This document shows positions 53,982 to 64,000 of a DNA stretch of 64,000 bases, in pieces. This DNA is from Gammaproteobacteria bacterium. Its GTDB lineage: Bacteria > Pseudomonadota > Gammaproteobacteria > JAJFKG01. The translations under genes and the position numbers were made by a program. The notes below the pieces were generated by a model. It saw nothing but the letters and a program-made list of their open reading frames with translations, did no database searches and had not been told where the DNA came from. Each line of letters opens with the position of its first letter. Within the stretch, counting starts at the first letter, position 1. The stretch lies in assembly GCA_965116795.1 (NCBI GenBank), contig OZ220716.1:874503-938502 (forward strand), given 5' to 3'.

Positions 53982-54500
53982 GTGCAACACCAATCTGTGC
54001 CAAGTGATGAAGTATTAACGGTTGGTAAGTTTGGCAAAGTATACGGTGTAAAAGGTTGGTTGCGGCTAATTTCTTATACCAAACCAGTCACTAATATTTT
54101 TGATTACGCACCGTGGTACATACAGCAAAAAACAGAACAACATTGGCAGCCGTGTGAAGTAATAGCACATCGATCGCATGCCGGTGGTTGGATTGTTAAA
54201 TTGGCAGGTTGTGATGATCGTGATCACGCTAGTCGTTATGTAAATGCGCATATCGGTGTGCCAATAACGTGTTTGCCTCCCTGTGAACCAGGAGAATTTT
54301 ATTGGCATCAGTTAATCGGTTTGCGTGTTGATAATACCGACGGTCAAACGCTTGGTACGGTAACTGAATTATTTGAAACGGGTGCCAATCAAGTGATGGT
54401 AGTCAATAATGAACAATTGCTGCCGTATGTAGATGATGTCATCTTAACGGTTGATTTGATTAACGGTTATATACAGGTAGCCTGGGATCAAGATGAATGA
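53982..54500 (+). CDS. rimM: Ribosome maturation factor RimM
   Basis: GKVYGVKGW, EFYWHQLIG, ETGANQV; position in operon. Confidence 0.95.
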   Translation: MQHQSVPSDEVLTVGKFGKVYGVKGWLRLISYTKPVTNIFDYAPWYIQQKTEQHWQPCEVIAHRSHAGGWIVKLAGCDDRDHASRYVNAHIGVPITCLPPCEPGEFYWHQLIGLRVDNTDGQTLGTVTELFETGANQVMVVNNEQLLPYVDDVILTVDLINGYIQVAWDQDE

Positions 54501-55255
54501 TGCGTATTGGTGTCGTGACATTATTCCCAGACATGTTTACTGCATTGAACAGTGGGATCAGTGGGCGTGCATTGCAAAACAACCTCGTTAACCTAGCGTG
54601 TTTTAATCCGCGTGATGATGCATTGGATCCGCACCGTACGGTAGATGATAAACCCTACGGGGGTGGGCCTGGGATGGTGATGCAAGCACCACCATTAGCA
54701 GCCAGTGTACAACGTGCGCAAACATGGGTAGGTAATAGTACGCCAGCTAAGGTGATTTACTTATCGCCGGCAGGTAAGCCATTAACCCAGCAAGCGTTGA
54801 ATCAGTTTGCAACGCTGTCAGCATTGGTATTGGTGGCAGGACGTTATGAAGGGGTTGATCAACGGTTTATTGATCATCACGTTGATGAAGTGTGGTCGCT
54901 GGGTGACTATGTCTTAAGTGGTGGTGAATTGGCAGCCATGGTGATGATTGATGCAATCATCCGTTTATTGCCAGGCAGTCTTGGTGATGCCAGATCGGCA
55001 CAGCAAGATTCATTTATGGATGGTGTATTAGATCATCCGCACTATACGCGACCAGCCGTATACCATGATGATACGGTGCCGGATGTGTTATTAAGCGGTG
55101 ATCATCAGGCGATTGCTAATTGGCGACGCCAACAAGCGTTGGGACATACATGGTTACAACGCCCAGATTTATTGGCTAAGGTAACCCTTAGCGAGACGGA
55201 TGCTGCCTTGTTGAAAGCGTTTCAAGCAATGTATGCGAAAGAGGATAATCAATAG
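54497..55255 (+). CDS. trmD: tRNA (guanine-N1)-methyltransferase
   Basis: VDDKPYGGGPGMV, GRYEGVD, SLGDYVLSGGE, HYTRP. Confidence 0.98.
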   Translation: MMRIGVVTLFPDMFTALNSGISGRALQNNLVNLACFNPRDDALDPHRTVDDKPYGGGPGMVMQAPPLAASVQRAQTWVGNSTPAKVIYLSPAGKPLTQQALNQFATLSALVLVAGRYEGVDQRFIDHHVDEVWSLGDYVLSGGELAAMVMIDAIIRLLPGSLGDARSAQQDSFMDGVLDHPHYTRPAVYHDDTVPDVLLSGDHQAIANWRRQQALGHTWLQRPDLLAKVTLSETDAALLKAFQAMYAKEDNQ

Positions 55256-55267
55256 GAGTAAGAAGTA

Positions 55268-55612
55268 ATGACAAATTTAATTGCAGTTGTAGAACAAGCA
55301 CAATTAAAACAAGATATTCCAGCATTTGCTGCTGGGGATACTGTTGTTGTTCAAGTCAAAGTGAAAGAAGGTGAGCGCGAACGTTTACAAGCATTTGAAG
55401 GTGTGGTGATCGCTAAGCGTAATCGTGGATTAAATTCATCATTTACTGTGCGTAAGATTTCTCACGGTGAAGGGGTAGAACGGGTGTTTCAAACCCATAG
55501 CCCGTTAGTTGCATCAATCAACGTCAAGCGCCGTGGTAAAGTGCGTCGTGCTAAGTTGTATTTCTTGCGTGAGCGTACTGGTAAGGCGGCTCGCATTAAA
55601 GAAAAGTTATAA
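55268..55612 (+). CDS. rplS: 50S ribosomal protein L19
   Basis: [33 protein letters not shown]. Confidence 0.98.
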   Translation: MTNLIAVVEQAQLKQDIPAFAAGDTVVVQVKVKEGERERLQAFEGVVIAKRNRGLNSSFTVRKISHGEGVERVFQTHSPLVASINVKRRGKVRRAKLYFLRERTGKAARIKEKL

Positions 55613-55665
55613 TTGCTACCCAGTTCTATTAGGGAAAACGCCATTAGATTTTCTCTCTCTTATAG

Positions 55666-55698
55666 CCGTCATCCCGTGGCCAAGCTGCGGAATGACGG
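55666..55698. repeat. GTCAT-type REP-like hairpin (possibly related to family D)
   Basis: ccgtcatcccg-tggccaagctg-cggaatgacgg. Confidence 0.5.
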
Positions 55699-55794
55699 AA
55701 AGAGGACAGTGGAATAATGAAAACAAAAGACAAAGGACAGCCAATAAAAAAGATGGATTAGACAATTATTACTTACTTTTATAGAGTGATTGTT

Positions 55795-56562
55795 ATGACA
55801 TTAATATTACGCTTACTCATTACTTTTTTGACGTTGATTGTATTAGTCCAACCAACGATCGCGCAAACATCACATTCTTCGGCTTTACCGGCTACTAACA
55901 AATACTTCATTGATAAGCTATTACCGATTATTCATACGGTCAATCAACGCATTGCTGAGCAACGTGCACGTTTAATGCGTGCCTATATGCATTTTAAACA
56001 ATATGGGTTGATTAATGTAGTTGAACAAACATGGCTAGCTGATTTAGCGCGTGAATATGCAGTGACACCGAATTTTACTAATGCAGCCACCTGGTACACA
56101 TTGCTGAAACGTGTTGATATATTACCGACATCATTGGTGTTAGCTCAAGCAATTAACGAATCTGCCTGGGGACGTTCACGTTTTGCTAAACAAGCTAATA
56201 ATTATTTTGGACAATGGTGTTATCAACCCGGTTGTGGGATTGTGCCGGCACAGCGCCCATTGGGAAAAACCTATGAGGTGCGCGTGTTTAACGATCCGAG
56301 TTCATCAGTTAAGTACTATTATCGCAATTTAAATACTAATCGTGCCTACCAAGCATTACGCGATAAACGTTTTGAGATAAGGCAGCGAACAGGTGATTTG
56401 GACAGTGTTCAATTGGCAGCAGGGTTAATCAATTATTCACAACGCAGAGATGCGTACATTGATTCCATTCAACAATTAATTACACATTTTAACTTGCAAC
56501 AGTATGATCAATCTTACTATCAACTGTTTGCTTCTTTTTCAGAAATGCCGTTTGTTTTGTAA
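55795..56562 (+). CDS. Bax-like glucosaminidase-domain protein
   Basis: Signal peptide; LLKRVD.LP.SLVLAQA.NESAWG.SRFA...NNYFGQWC...GCG; YSQR. Confidence 0.88.
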   Translation: MTLILRLLITFLTLIVLVQPTIAQTSHSSALPATNKYFIDKLLPIIHTVNQRIAEQRARLMRAYMHFKQYGLINVVEQTWLADLAREYAVTPNFTNAATWYTLLKRVDILPTSLVLAQAINESAWGRSRFAKQANNYFGQWCYQPGCGIVPAQRPLGKTYEVRVFNDPSSSVKYYYRNLNTNRAYQALRDKRFEIRQRTGDLDSVQLAAGLINYSQRRDAYIDSIQQLITHFNLQQYDQSYYQLFASFSEMPFVL

Positions 56563-56649
56563 TATCAGATGCTCTATTAAGAAAAACACGATCTTTGACA
56601 ACTTCCGCTCAAAGCTGACATTTATTGGTGAATTGATGATTGATGTGAT

Positions 56650-57645
56650 TTATTGAATCAATATTTTATTCGATTCCCCAGGTTGCTCCATCACATAGCG
56701 CGGTACTAAATAGCCAGGCAATTTAGCTTGGCATTCTTGGATAATAGCCATGCCTTTGCTTTCTGGCACGAAAAAATGGTGTGTGCCTGCAACCCGATCT
56801 AACTGATGTAAATAGTAAGGCAGTACATGATTGGCGAATAACACATGTGATAGTTTAATTAACGTCTCAGCATTATCATTAACACCTTTTAGTAATACTG
56901 CTTGATTTAGCAATTGTACGCCAGCGTTGTGTAGTGTTATTAACACATGACTAATATTATCATCGATTTCATTTGGGTGGTTACAATGAACAACCACAAC
57001 ACATTTTAATCGAGTTGTTGTTAGCAAATAGATTAATTCATCTGTTATACGTTCAGGTAGCACGATGGGTAATCGCGTGTGCAAACGTAGTGTATGTACA
57101 TGAGGGATATCTGCAATCGCGTTAATTACATCGGTTAACACCATGTCAGTTGCCATCAACGGATCACCACCACTTAAAATGACTTCATGAATGTCAGAAT
57201 GTTGCTGAATGTACTCCCATACAGTTTGCCAACCATCTCGCCCAGGATTGTTTTTATCATAAGGAAAATGACGTCTAAAACAATAACGACAATGGACTGC
57301 ACAACTACCGGTCAGTGTGAGTAATACCCGTCCGTGATATTTGTGTAATATCCCTGAGACGGGGTTTGCGTGTTGTTCATGTAGTGGATCAGTAGTAAAT
57401 CCCGGTGCATGATGACTTTCTGCATCTAATGGTAATACTTGGCGTAGTAATGGATCGTGTACATCACCAGGTTGCATCCGTTGTACAAAACTATGTGGTA
57501 CTCGCAAGGGAAATAATTGGCTAACGCGTTTTGCTGCAGGTAATAATGTCGTTGGCAATTGTAATTGCTGCCATAAGATGTCAGGTGTGGTAATTACATC
57601 ACGTAACGCTTGTTGCCAAGTTTGCTTAGTCAGTGTAGTAGTCAA
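56650..57645 (-). CDS. epmB: EF-P beta-lysylation lysine 2,3-aminomutase
   Basis: HKYHGRVLL, CAVHCRYCFRR, ILSGGDPL, LPGYLVP; divergent from efp. Confidence 0.95.
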   Translation of the reverse strand: MTTTLTKQTWQQALRDVITTPDILWQQLQLPTTLLPAAKRVSQLFPLRVPHSFVQRMQPGDVHDPLLRQVLPLDAESHHAPGFTTDPLHEQHANPVSGILHKYHGRVLLTLTGSCAVHCRYCFRRHFPYDKNNPGRDGWQTVWEYIQQHSDIHEVILSGGDPLMATDMVLTDVINAIADIPHVHTLRLHTRLPIVLPERITDELIYLLTTTRLKCVVVVHCNHPNEIDDNISHVLITLHNAGVQLLNQAVLLKGVNDNAETLIKLSHVLFANHVLPYYLHQLDRVAGTHHFFVPESKGMAIIQECQAKLPGYLVPRYVMEQPGESNKILIQ

Positions 57646-57789
57646 TGATCCAGAATCCAGTTGTCTTTTTCTTAAAAAATAGAGTTAGTTACATCGTAAT
57701 ATACACAAATATTGCCACAATACAAATACTAATGACTATGCTACAATCGCCGCCAATCTTTGCAATTGAAGCATAAAACAGAGGTATAT

Positions 57790-58359
57790 ATGCCAAATTA
57801 CAGCACAAACCAATTTAAAGGTGGATTAAAAATCATGCTCGATGGTGATCCGTATGTGATCATCGAAAATAACATTGTCAAGCCAGGAAAAGGACAAGCA
57901 TTTAATCGGGTTAAAGTGCGTAATTTAAAAAATAATCGCGTGATTGAACGCACCTTTAAATCAGCTGATTCAGTTGAAGGTGCTGATGTTATCGAAATGG
58001 ATATGCAGTATTTGTATAGTGATGGTAGTCATTGGCATTTTATGGTGCCAGATACCTTTGAACAGCATGCAGCCGATGCTATAGCAATGGGAGATAGTCA
58101 ACTTTGGCTAAAAGGCGAAGATATGTGTATTGTGACGTTATACAATGGCCAACCGTTATCTATTGAACCACCTATTTTCGTGCAATTGACAATTACTGAT
58201 ACCGATCCAGGTTTAAAAGGTGATACTGCCAGTGGTGGTACCAAACCAGCAACTTTAGAAACCGGTGCAGTGGTGCAAGTCCCATTGTTCGTGCAATTAG
58301 ATGAAGTGATTAAAGTCGATACGCGTACTGGTAAATATGTATCGCGAGTAAAAAGTTAA
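57790..58359 (+). CDS. efp: Elongation factor P
   Basis: [31 protein letters not shown]; ATG 57790 with SD GAGG. Confidence 0.98.
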   Translation: MPNYSTNQFKGGLKIMLDGDPYVIIENNIVKPGKGQAFNRVKVRNLKNNRVIERTFKSADSVEGADVIEMDMQYLYSDGSHWHFMVPDTFEQHAADAIAMGDSQLWLKGEDMCIVTLYNGQPLSIEPPIFVQLTITDTDPGLKGDTASGGTKPATLETGAVVQVPLFVQLDEVIKVDTRTGKYVSRVKS

Positions 58360-58371
58360 GTTGTTATCAGC

Positions 58372-59328
58372 ATGACAACCTGGCAACCAACAGCCGACTT
58401 AGCTACATTATGTCAACGTGCTAAGCTCATCCAATTAATCCGCAATTTTTTTAGTGAACGAGACGTATTAGAAGTAGAAACGCCAATATTAGGTAATGCC
58501 ACGACAACAGATGTGCACATTGCTAGTTTAGCAACTTACTGTCTTGTGCCAGGTTACCCTGACTTACAAAAGCGTTTTTTACAAACGTCTCCTGAATTTG
58601 CAATGAAACGTTTATTAGCTGCTGGCAGTGGTCCCATTTTTCAAATCAGCAAAGCTTTTCGTCAGGATCCAAGTGGGAAATTACATAATCCTGAATTTAC
58701 GTTATTAGAATGGTATCGTCCTGGGTTGGATCATCATCAGTTAATCGATGAAGTCGATGCGTTGCTACAATCTATATTACACACATCGCCATCGACAAAA
58801 ATAACCTATCAGCAATTGTTTAGTGACACACTGGGTGTTTGTCCATTCACTGCTAGTGTTGCTGAGTTGCAGCAAATTGCAATTGCGCGTGGGCTGGATG
58901 CTGATTTAGCCATCACAGCAGCAGCACGTGATCAATGGTTACATTTATTAATGAGCCATCTCATTGAACCTGATTTGGGTCGGCAGCAACCACTGTGTAT
59001 ATATGACTATCCGTTGTCTCAAGGTGGTTTTGCTAGACAAAATGGTGACTATACGACAGCGCGCTTTGAATTTTATGTGAGTGGTATTGAGCTTGCTAAT
59101 GGCTATCATGAAATAACCGATTCAAAACAACAACGCCAGCGTTTTGCACAAGATAATCAACAGCGTCAACAATTAGGACTGGGCAGTGTGCCGATTGACA
59201 ATGCATTATTAGCTGCATTAGAACATGGGATGCCAGATTGTGCCGGTGTTGCCTTAGGAGTTGATAGATTACTGATGTTGGCATTACATAAACAGACATT
59301 ACAAGAAGTTATGTCATTTACTAATTAA
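58372..59328 (+). CDS. epmA: EF-P lysine beta-lysyl ligase
   Basis: LEVETP, LQTSPEFAMKRLLAAG, HNPEFTLLEWYR, ELANGY, GVALGVDRL. Confidence 0.96.
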   Translation: MTTWQPTADLATLCQRAKLIQLIRNFFSERDVLEVETPILGNATTTDVHIASLATYCLVPGYPDLQKRFLQTSPEFAMKRLLAAGSGPIFQISKAFRQDPSGKLHNPEFTLLEWYRPGLDHHQLIDEVDALLQSILHTSPSTKITYQQLFSDTLGVCPFTASVAELQQIAIARGLDADLAITAAARDQWLHLLMSHLIEPDLGRQQPLCIYDYPLSQGGFARQNGDYTTARFEFYVSGIELANGYHEITDSKQQRQRFAQDNQQRQQLGLGSVPIDNALLAALEHGMPDCAGVALGVDRLLMLALHKQTLQEVMSFTN

Positions 59329-59339
59329 CTGTAATGTCA

Positions 59340-60170
59340 TCATGAGTGCTGTCTACAGTTTACATAATGTTGAATAAAGCCAATCACATCAGCATAAGCA
59401 TTGTATTCACTAACTAACTTAGCATGTACATTACCTGGATATTGTTTCCATACCTTAGGCTGGTTTGCCTTATCAAATAAGATTTGACCTTCTCGCATCG
59501 GCACCACTTTGTCTTTTTCACTGTGCAAAATTAATAATGGCATATTAATCTGTGCGATTTTATTGACATTATCGTAGCGTTCGCGCAGTAATAATTGTGT
59601 TGGTAGGAATGGATAATGTGCATGTGCAGCACTGCTCAATGAACTGATCGGTGCTAATAAAATAAGTGCGCCTACATCGTGAGTGATTGCCATTTGTGTG
59701 GCAACACCACTGCCGAGTGATTCGCCGTAAATAACGATGCATTGTTCAGGAATATGTTGGTCTTTAACAAAGTCTAATGCAGTTTGTGCATCTTGATAAA
59801 ATGCTGTTTCACTTGGTGTGCCTGGATTGCCTGCGTAACCACGGTATTCTAATAAAAAGATCCCATATCCTTGTTCTAAATAAGGTCGCATGGTAATACC
59901 ACGTTCTGTAATGTTGCCAGCATTCCCGTGAAAGTACATGATCACAGGTTGTTGCGGTTTAGGGGGTGCCCACCATGCTTGTAATGGAATGCCATCTTGT
60001 GCAGTGATTGTGATTGGCTGAAATTCAGCAACACCAACGCTACTTGGTAATGGATTACTGTCTTTTCCAGCTGCGTAGATTAATGCACGTTGCCATAACC
60101 AAACACCGGTGCAAACTATGCCATAGCTTATGATGATTCCAATTAATATTTTCACTACAAATTGTCTCAT
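59340..60170 (-). CDS. Alpha/beta hydrolase (ABHD13/BEM46-like)
   Basis: YFHGNAGN, EYRGY, YGESLG nucleophile elbow, N-terminal TM. Confidence 0.88.
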   Translation of the reverse strand: MRQFVVKILIGIIISYGIVCTGVWLWQRALIYAAGKDSNPLPSSVGVAEFQPITITAQDGIPLQAWWAPPKPQQPVIMYFHGNAGNITERGITMRPYLEQGYGIFLLEYRGYAGNPGTPSETAFYQDAQTALDFVKDQHIPEQCIVIYGESLGSGVATQMAITHDVGALILLAPISSLSSAAHAHYPFLPTQLLLRERYDNVNKIAQINMPLLILHSEKDKVVPMREGQILFDKANQPKVWKQYPGNVHAKLVSEYNAYADVIGFIQHYVNCRQHS

Positions 60171-60591
60171 TCCTGTTTACCCAACTATTGTATAAGTTTA
60201 CGTTAATCTATAAGAAAGTCGTTTGTGTTGTAAACCAACTCACTGTAATGAGCTCAAAAATAAAACACACATTGAGTTTTTTTTGCCCAGCCTCTGGTTA
60301 GAGTAAAAAATTAACAAATGGCGTGTATTTGTCATATATTTACAGTAGAATAATCACCGCGTAAGATATATCGCACAACTTTATCAGCAAAATGAGGGGG
60401 ATGTGTACAGATAAACCCATGAAGGTAACGCTGTAACGCATCAAAATAAGTAGGGAGACCAACACTAGCGTATTTGCGTTAGGGAAGGTGTGATGGAACC
60501 GTTAGGGAAAACAACACGGTACACATAATACCACAGGTCAGGTTAAGCATTGCAGCGACCAAGGAGTGCTGCCAATTAGGTTGGGACGACA

Positions 60592-60999
60592 ATGACAACA
60601 ACATCTGAACTGACAGAAACATCTAAATCAATCACAAAATCTGAACTGATCGTTAAACTCATCGAACATATGCAACACACAGAGAATTTACTGTCTGAAA
60701 AAGACATTGCAAATGCCGTCAATGAAATCCTCGAATTGATTTGCCGATCGTTAGCACGTGGTGAGCGTATTGAAATACGTGGATTTGGCAGTTTCTGTTT
60801 ACATCGTTGGAATGAACGCCATGCACGTAATCCAGTGACCAGAGAAACATGGCGTACCAAACCAACTTATGCAGTGCACTTCAAAGCAGGTAAAAAATTA
60901 CGTGAACTTGTTAATGCGCGTTTTCTACAAGAACAGCAGGAAGACGTTGAGTTCGTTATTGAACAGAGCCCTGAAGAAGCGGTTGAAGCAGTAGACTAG
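60592..60999 (+). CDS. IHF-beta/HU-family DNA-binding protein with acidic tail
   Basis: TKSELI, GERIEIRGFGSF, ARNP.T, HFKAGKKLRE.VN. Confidence 0.88.
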   Translation: MTTTSELTETSKSITKSELIVKLIEHMQHTENLLSEKDIANAVNEILELICRSLARGERIEIRGFGSFCLHRWNERHARNPVTRETWRTKPTYAVHFKAGKKLRELVNARFLQEQQEDVEFVIEQSPEEAVEAVD

Positions 61000-61088
61000 T
61001 AATAATATTTTGCTTAGGCACGATTAAGAAAAATAATATTTTTGGGTGGCATGAAAAGATTAGCTAAGTAGTGTAATTACCTTTGCAT

Positions 61089-61685
61089 TTAAAATCCTGA
61101 ATTAGGCTGTGCCAAAAAAGCGATTTCTTCTGCTGTTGATTCACGTTGTAAAATAGCATTGCGATGTGGAAATCGACCAAAACGAGCGATGATGTCGTAA
61201 TGCTGTTTGGCAAAATCATAATAATTTGCAAAGATTGACTGATGCGCAGGGCTTGCATCCCTGTGCAATTGCATGAACAGTTCTACTGATTGAATTTGTG
61301 CGCTTAAATCTTCAGCGTGTTCAAGTGGCATATAAAAGAATACTCGAAAAATAGGCACCAACGCTTTATCTATCTGATCATCAATACCAGCCTTTGCCAA
61401 TGCTAATGCTTGAGTATCATAAGCAAATGCACGTGGCATATCGCGATAACAATTACGTGGGAATTGATCCAATGCAATCAGTGCAGCCAGTCGTCCTTTG
61501 GGGTCGGAAAACCAATCATCATGTTGACTGTTAGCAACTGCATCAATTGTGGATTCAAATTGTTGCCTGACTTGATCATCGAATGTGGGATTCTTTTGCC
61601 ACCAGCGCGTGACATGGGTTTGATCAGGTAAGGTATCGTGACCTAAGCGGCCGAACCAAAAGTTGAGTAGGGTTTGATAGTACAT
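61089..61685 (-). CDS. DUF924 family protein
   Basis: LNFWFG, LDQFPRN, FFYMPLEHAE, IIARFGRFPHRN..L.R.ST.EE. Confidence 0.92.
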   Translation of the reverse strand: MYYQTLLNFWFGRLGHDTLPDQTHVTRWWQKNPTFDDQVRQQFESTIDAVANSQHDDWFSDPKGRLAALIALDQFPRNCYRDMPRAFAYDTQALALAKAGIDDQIDKALVPIFRVFFYMPLEHAEDLSAQIQSVELFMQLHRDASPAHQSIFANYYDFAKQHYDIIARFGRFPHRNAILQRESTAEEIAFLAQPNSGF

Positions 61686-61845
61686 AATGGAACACTGTTG
61701 ATGGAAAAGTAGTATCGATTGTAAGAGAGTTTTATATTCGCTGCAAATTGAATATTATTCATTGGCTTGCAAACCTGTTTGGCTTGTTTTATCTTGTAGA
61801 TATTAATAGAAAATCATGTAAATCCCTAGCGATGAGAACACTATT

Positions 61846-63165
61846 ATGTCAACATCAATGATTACCGGCGTTCCCCATTTAACAACCGCATCATCTGCGC
61901 CATTAGAACATTTAGAGAAACATTTCTTAATTCATCAAACATCCATTGAAACATGGTTGCGTGAACAGTGGCAACATACACCTGCGCCGTTGACCTGTTC
62001 AGTTGATTTGCGTAATGCAGGTTTTAAATTGGCACCGGTGGATACCAATTTATTTCCAGCAGGATTTAATAATTTAAATCCTGATTTTATGCCACTGTGT
62101 GTGCAAGCGGTGCGTGCTACGTTAGAAGCAGCCTATCCGCAAGCAACACGAGTCATGATTATTCCAGAAAGCCACACACGCAATCTAGCGTATTTAGAAA
62201 ATGTGGCTATATTACAACAAATCTTTATCCATGCAGGTTACCAAGTGCGTTTGGGCAGTTTATTAAATGACTTACCTTCGCCAGCACATATAATTACATT
62301 ACCATCAGGCGAGACAATAACATTGCATACTATTGAACGTCGTGGCGATCAATTAGTCGTTGCTGAGTTTGTGCCAGATATCATTGTGTCTAATAATGAT
62401 TTATCTGCGGGTACCCCAGAGATTTTACAACACTTAACACAACCGGTTACCCCATCCTTATGTTTAGGATGGTCACATCGTTTAAAGTCACAACATTTTG
62501 CTATTTATCAAACCATGTGTGAACAGTTTGCTGAGATTGCACAGATTGATCCGTGGTTAATCAATCCACTATTTACGGTGTGTGATGATATTAATTTTGT
62601 TGAACGTACTGGTAGTGACGCATTAGAGCAACATGTTGACGAATTGTTAACAGCTATTCAAGCAAAGTACCGAGAACATGATATTGATCATCAACCCTTT
62701 GTATTTGTCAAAGCAGATGCAGGTACGTATGGCATGGGTGTGATGATGGTTAATAGTGCGCAACAAGTGCGTGAGTTAAACCGTAAACAACGTACTAAGA
62801 TGGCAGCTTCCAAAGGTAAACAACAGGTAAGTCGAGTGATTATTCAAGAAGGTGTACCGTCAAATGAAACTTGGGGTGAAACCGGTGCGACAGCTGAACC
62901 AGTCATTTACATGCTTGGTCATCACGTTGTCGGTGGTTTTTATCGAGTGAATCAACAGCGTTCTTCTCAAGATAATTTAAACAGTCCAGGCATGACGTTT
63001 GAGCATTTAGCCTTTGCTGAAAGTTGTTTGTGTCCACAAGTGACCTGTAAACCAGACGATTGTCGCAATCGTTTTTATGCTTATGGAGTGGTTGCGCGTT
63101 TAGCTTTAGTAGCTGCTGCACGAGAGGCATACCAAGTGAAACATTCAGGCGATGGAGACTGTTAA
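61846..63165 (+). CDS. gshA: Glutamate-cysteine ligase (betaproteobacterial/Acidithiobacillus type)
   Basis: SVDLRNAGFKLAPVDTNLFPAGFNNL, PESHTRN, KADAGTYGMG, NLNSPGM. Confidence 0.93.
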   Translation: MSTSMITGVPHLTTASSAPLEHLEKHFLIHQTSIETWLREQWQHTPAPLTCSVDLRNAGFKLAPVDTNLFPAGFNNLNPDFMPLCVQAVRATLEAAYPQATRVMIIPESHTRNLAYLENVAILQQIFIHAGYQVRLGSLLNDLPSPAHIITLPSGETITLHTIERRGDQLVVAEFVPDIIVSNNDLSAGTPEILQHLTQPVTPSLCLGWSHRLKSQHFAIYQTMCEQFAEIAQIDPWLINPLFTVCDDINFVERTGSDALEQHVDELLTAIQAKYREHDIDHQPFVFVKADAGTYGMGVMMVNSAQQVRELNRKQRTKMAASKGKQQVSRVIIQEGVPSNETWGETGATAEPVIYMLGHHVVGGFYRVNQQRSSQDNLNSPGMTFEHLAFAESCLCPQVTCKPDDCRNRFYAYGVVARLALVAAAREAYQVKHSGDGDC

Positions 63166-64000
63166 TGACGATTAAATTTGGCATTGTCATGGATGACATT
63201 GCAACGATTAATCCACATAAGAATACTAGTTTAGCTATATTGCGCGAAGCAATGCATCGTCAATGGACATTATATTTAATTCATATGCCGGATTTACGTT
63301 GGCAAGAGAATGTTGTCTATAGTGTAGTTTATCCGTTAACAGTATTCGCTGATGATCAGCATTGGTTTGAGTTAGGCGATCCGCAACACATCCCACTGAA
63401 TACCTTGGATTGTATCTTTATGCATAAGGATCCACCGTTTAATATGGATTATATTTATGCCACGTATTTATTAGAACAAGCTAGTCGAGACGGTATATTT
63501 GTCTTTAATCACCCACAAGGGTTGCGCGATTTTAATGAGAAGTGTTGTATTATGCATTTTCCTGAGTGCATTGCACCGACCTGTGTCACTGCCAATATGC
63601 ACAGTATCAAGACATTTTTAGCCGAGCATCATGACATCGTAGTTAAACCATTAGATGGAATGGGAGGCAAAGGGATCTTTCGTTTACAGCAGCATGATCC
63701 CAATGTGAATGCGACATTAGAGATATTAACTGCTTCGGGAAAACATCCGATCATGGCGCAGCGTTATTTGCCTGATATTACTAAAAAAGGTGATAAACGA
63801 ATTTTGTTAATTGATGGTAAGCCAGTGCCACATGCCATTGCACGTTTCCCTACAGATGATGAAGCTAGAGCAAATTTAGCTGCTGGTGGTCATGCAGTGG
63901 AAGCTAAATTAAGCAAGCGTGATTATTGGTTATGTGAACAAATCGCACCGCAACTACAAGCACGTGGATTATTATTTGTTGGTATTGATATCATTGGTGA
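63165..64000 (+). CDS. gshB: Glutathione synthetase (3' end outside the window; absent from the ORF track)
   Basis: ATG overlaps the gshA stop (TAATG); MTIKFGIVMD.I..INP.K.TS, KDPPF, NEK, KPLDGMGG, GDKRILLIDG, RANLAAGG. Confidence 0.93.
   Translation, partial: MTIKFGIVMDDIATINPHKNTSLAILREAMHRQWTLYLIHMPDLRWQENVVYSVVYPLTVFADDQHWFELGDPQHIPLNTLDCIFMHKDPPFNMDYIYATYLLEQASRDGIFVFNHPQGLRDFNEKCCIMHFPECIAPTCVTANMHSIKTFLAEHHDIVVKPLDGMGGKGIFRLQQHDPNVNATLEILTASGKHPIMAQRYLPDITKKGDKRILLIDGKPVPHAIARFPTDDEARANLAAGGHAVEAKLSKRDYWLCEQIAPQLQARGLLFVGIDIIG

Noticed and set aside
55700-55760. Several GGA motifs between rplS and the Bax-like gene as a Csr sRNA
   Set aside because: No supporting hairpins or terminator; may just be purine-rich spacer
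57645-59328. epmB-efp-epmA cluster, suf operon and gshAB as novel systems
   Set aside because: Well-known conserved arrangements

Overview
AT-rich (visually about 38-40% GC) core-chromosome segment of a gammaproteobacterium. Gene order (rph/xth/pyrE/algC/dut/coaBC/rpmBG/coaD, Rrf2-sufBCDSUT, alaC-hom-thrC, gshAB) and protein styles are most reminiscent of Legionellales/Coxiellales-like lineages (inference). About 55 mostly housekeeping CDS; no rRNA, tRNA, transposase, prophage or CRISPR array was recognised. The unusual content is mostly intergenic. At least four families of short palindromic MITE/REP-like elements are present, including 126-127 bp ERIC-like copies, and several overlap gene ends. 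One ERIC-like copy can be excised in silico to restore an ancestral cysC 3' end whose stop abuts the start of a now internally deleted sat gene. This PAPS-synthesis remnant sits at the end of a type I secretion operon with no substrate in the window. Other notable items: an aromatic amino acid hydroxylase inserted between hom and thrC with a GC-rich leader hairpin, a divergent CsrA paralogue, a GGA-rich leader before an IHF-beta-like gene, and an orphan CHASE histidine kinase. All calls come from reading the sequence; no searches were run.
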